DNA of 63,068 nt, the filler included, from Octopus bimaculoides (Eukaryota), in assembly GCF_001194135.2 (NCBI RefSeq). It is 6 parts of 6 records of this genome, joined end to end, with 100 filler letters (N's around TTAATTAATTAA, not from the genome) between each part and the next. Parts side by side here need not be neighbours in the genome. Positions count along the whole stretch, not along the records: positions 57,871 to 63,068 come from NC_068995.1; 5 more parts are not named here. One strand, written 5' to 3'. The notes under the pieces were generated by a model. The model worked only from the letters and a program-made list of their open reading frames with translations. It had not been told where the DNA came from and did no database searches. A program made the translations under genes and the position numbers. Shown in pieces: positions 62,760 to 63,068 of this stretch (positions within the stretch are counted from its first letter, which is position 1; the number at the start of each line of letters is the position of its first letter).

Positions 62760-63068
62760 TAGCCTACCTAGATTTTCTACCTGGACTTTCTACTCTCGTA
62801 CACTTCAGCTGAACCTCTCTTGCCCATGGATTACACTGGACGCTTCCATTGATGAGAAATCGCTCCAATACACCACGACGTTCGAAGCTTTTGAACCTTT
62901 TGAACTTTTCTAAACTTTTTTTGTACTTTAGCCACTACTCATTCTTTATTTTCTCTCCTTGTTTCTTTCTGTGTTCCTTTCTGTGGAAGAGCGCAGGCTC
63001 GAAACATTAAAGACTATTTCACTTCCCGGGCGTTAAACTAATACATCTGTTTGTTGTCTACACCACTT
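62760..63068 (+). mobile_element. Probable Penelope-type pLTR with a degenerate hammerhead at 62977-63012
   Basis: CTTT-CTGTGGA-A-GAGC(GCAG)GCTC-GAAAC-A-TT-AAAG in a pyrimidine-rich context. Confidence 0.45.

Overview
AT-rich, microsatellite-dense animal genomic scaffold with many N gaps, most likely an octopus. This is inferred from the tRNA-derived SINE families, which I recall as the octopus OK/OR1/OR2 SINEs. The only host gene I can support is VPS54 on the minus strand: three consecutive, phase-compatible coding exons at 8734-8833, 2382-2524 and 828-954. I could not find its upstream exons in the remaining 54 kb. The rest is mostly transposon-derived: RTE, CR1/Jockey-like, R4/Dong-like and Tx1-like LINEs, a Gypsy LTR element nested in the Tx1, two Penelope-like GIY-YIG elements, a decayed PGBD4-like piggyBac, mariner elements and MITEs, a Helitron 3' end, and about 30 SINE copies. 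The most notable signals are: (1) a set of Penelope-type minimal hammerhead ribozymes, one fully intact at 49940-50022 on the minus strand; (2) an (AAT)n-targeted pile of retroposons in which a Tx1-like LINE shares its 3' terminus with the OR2-like SINE, suggesting a SINE/LINE partnership; (3) three SINEs stacked at one repeated 16-bp target. Most TE boundaries were estimated by eye and are approximate.
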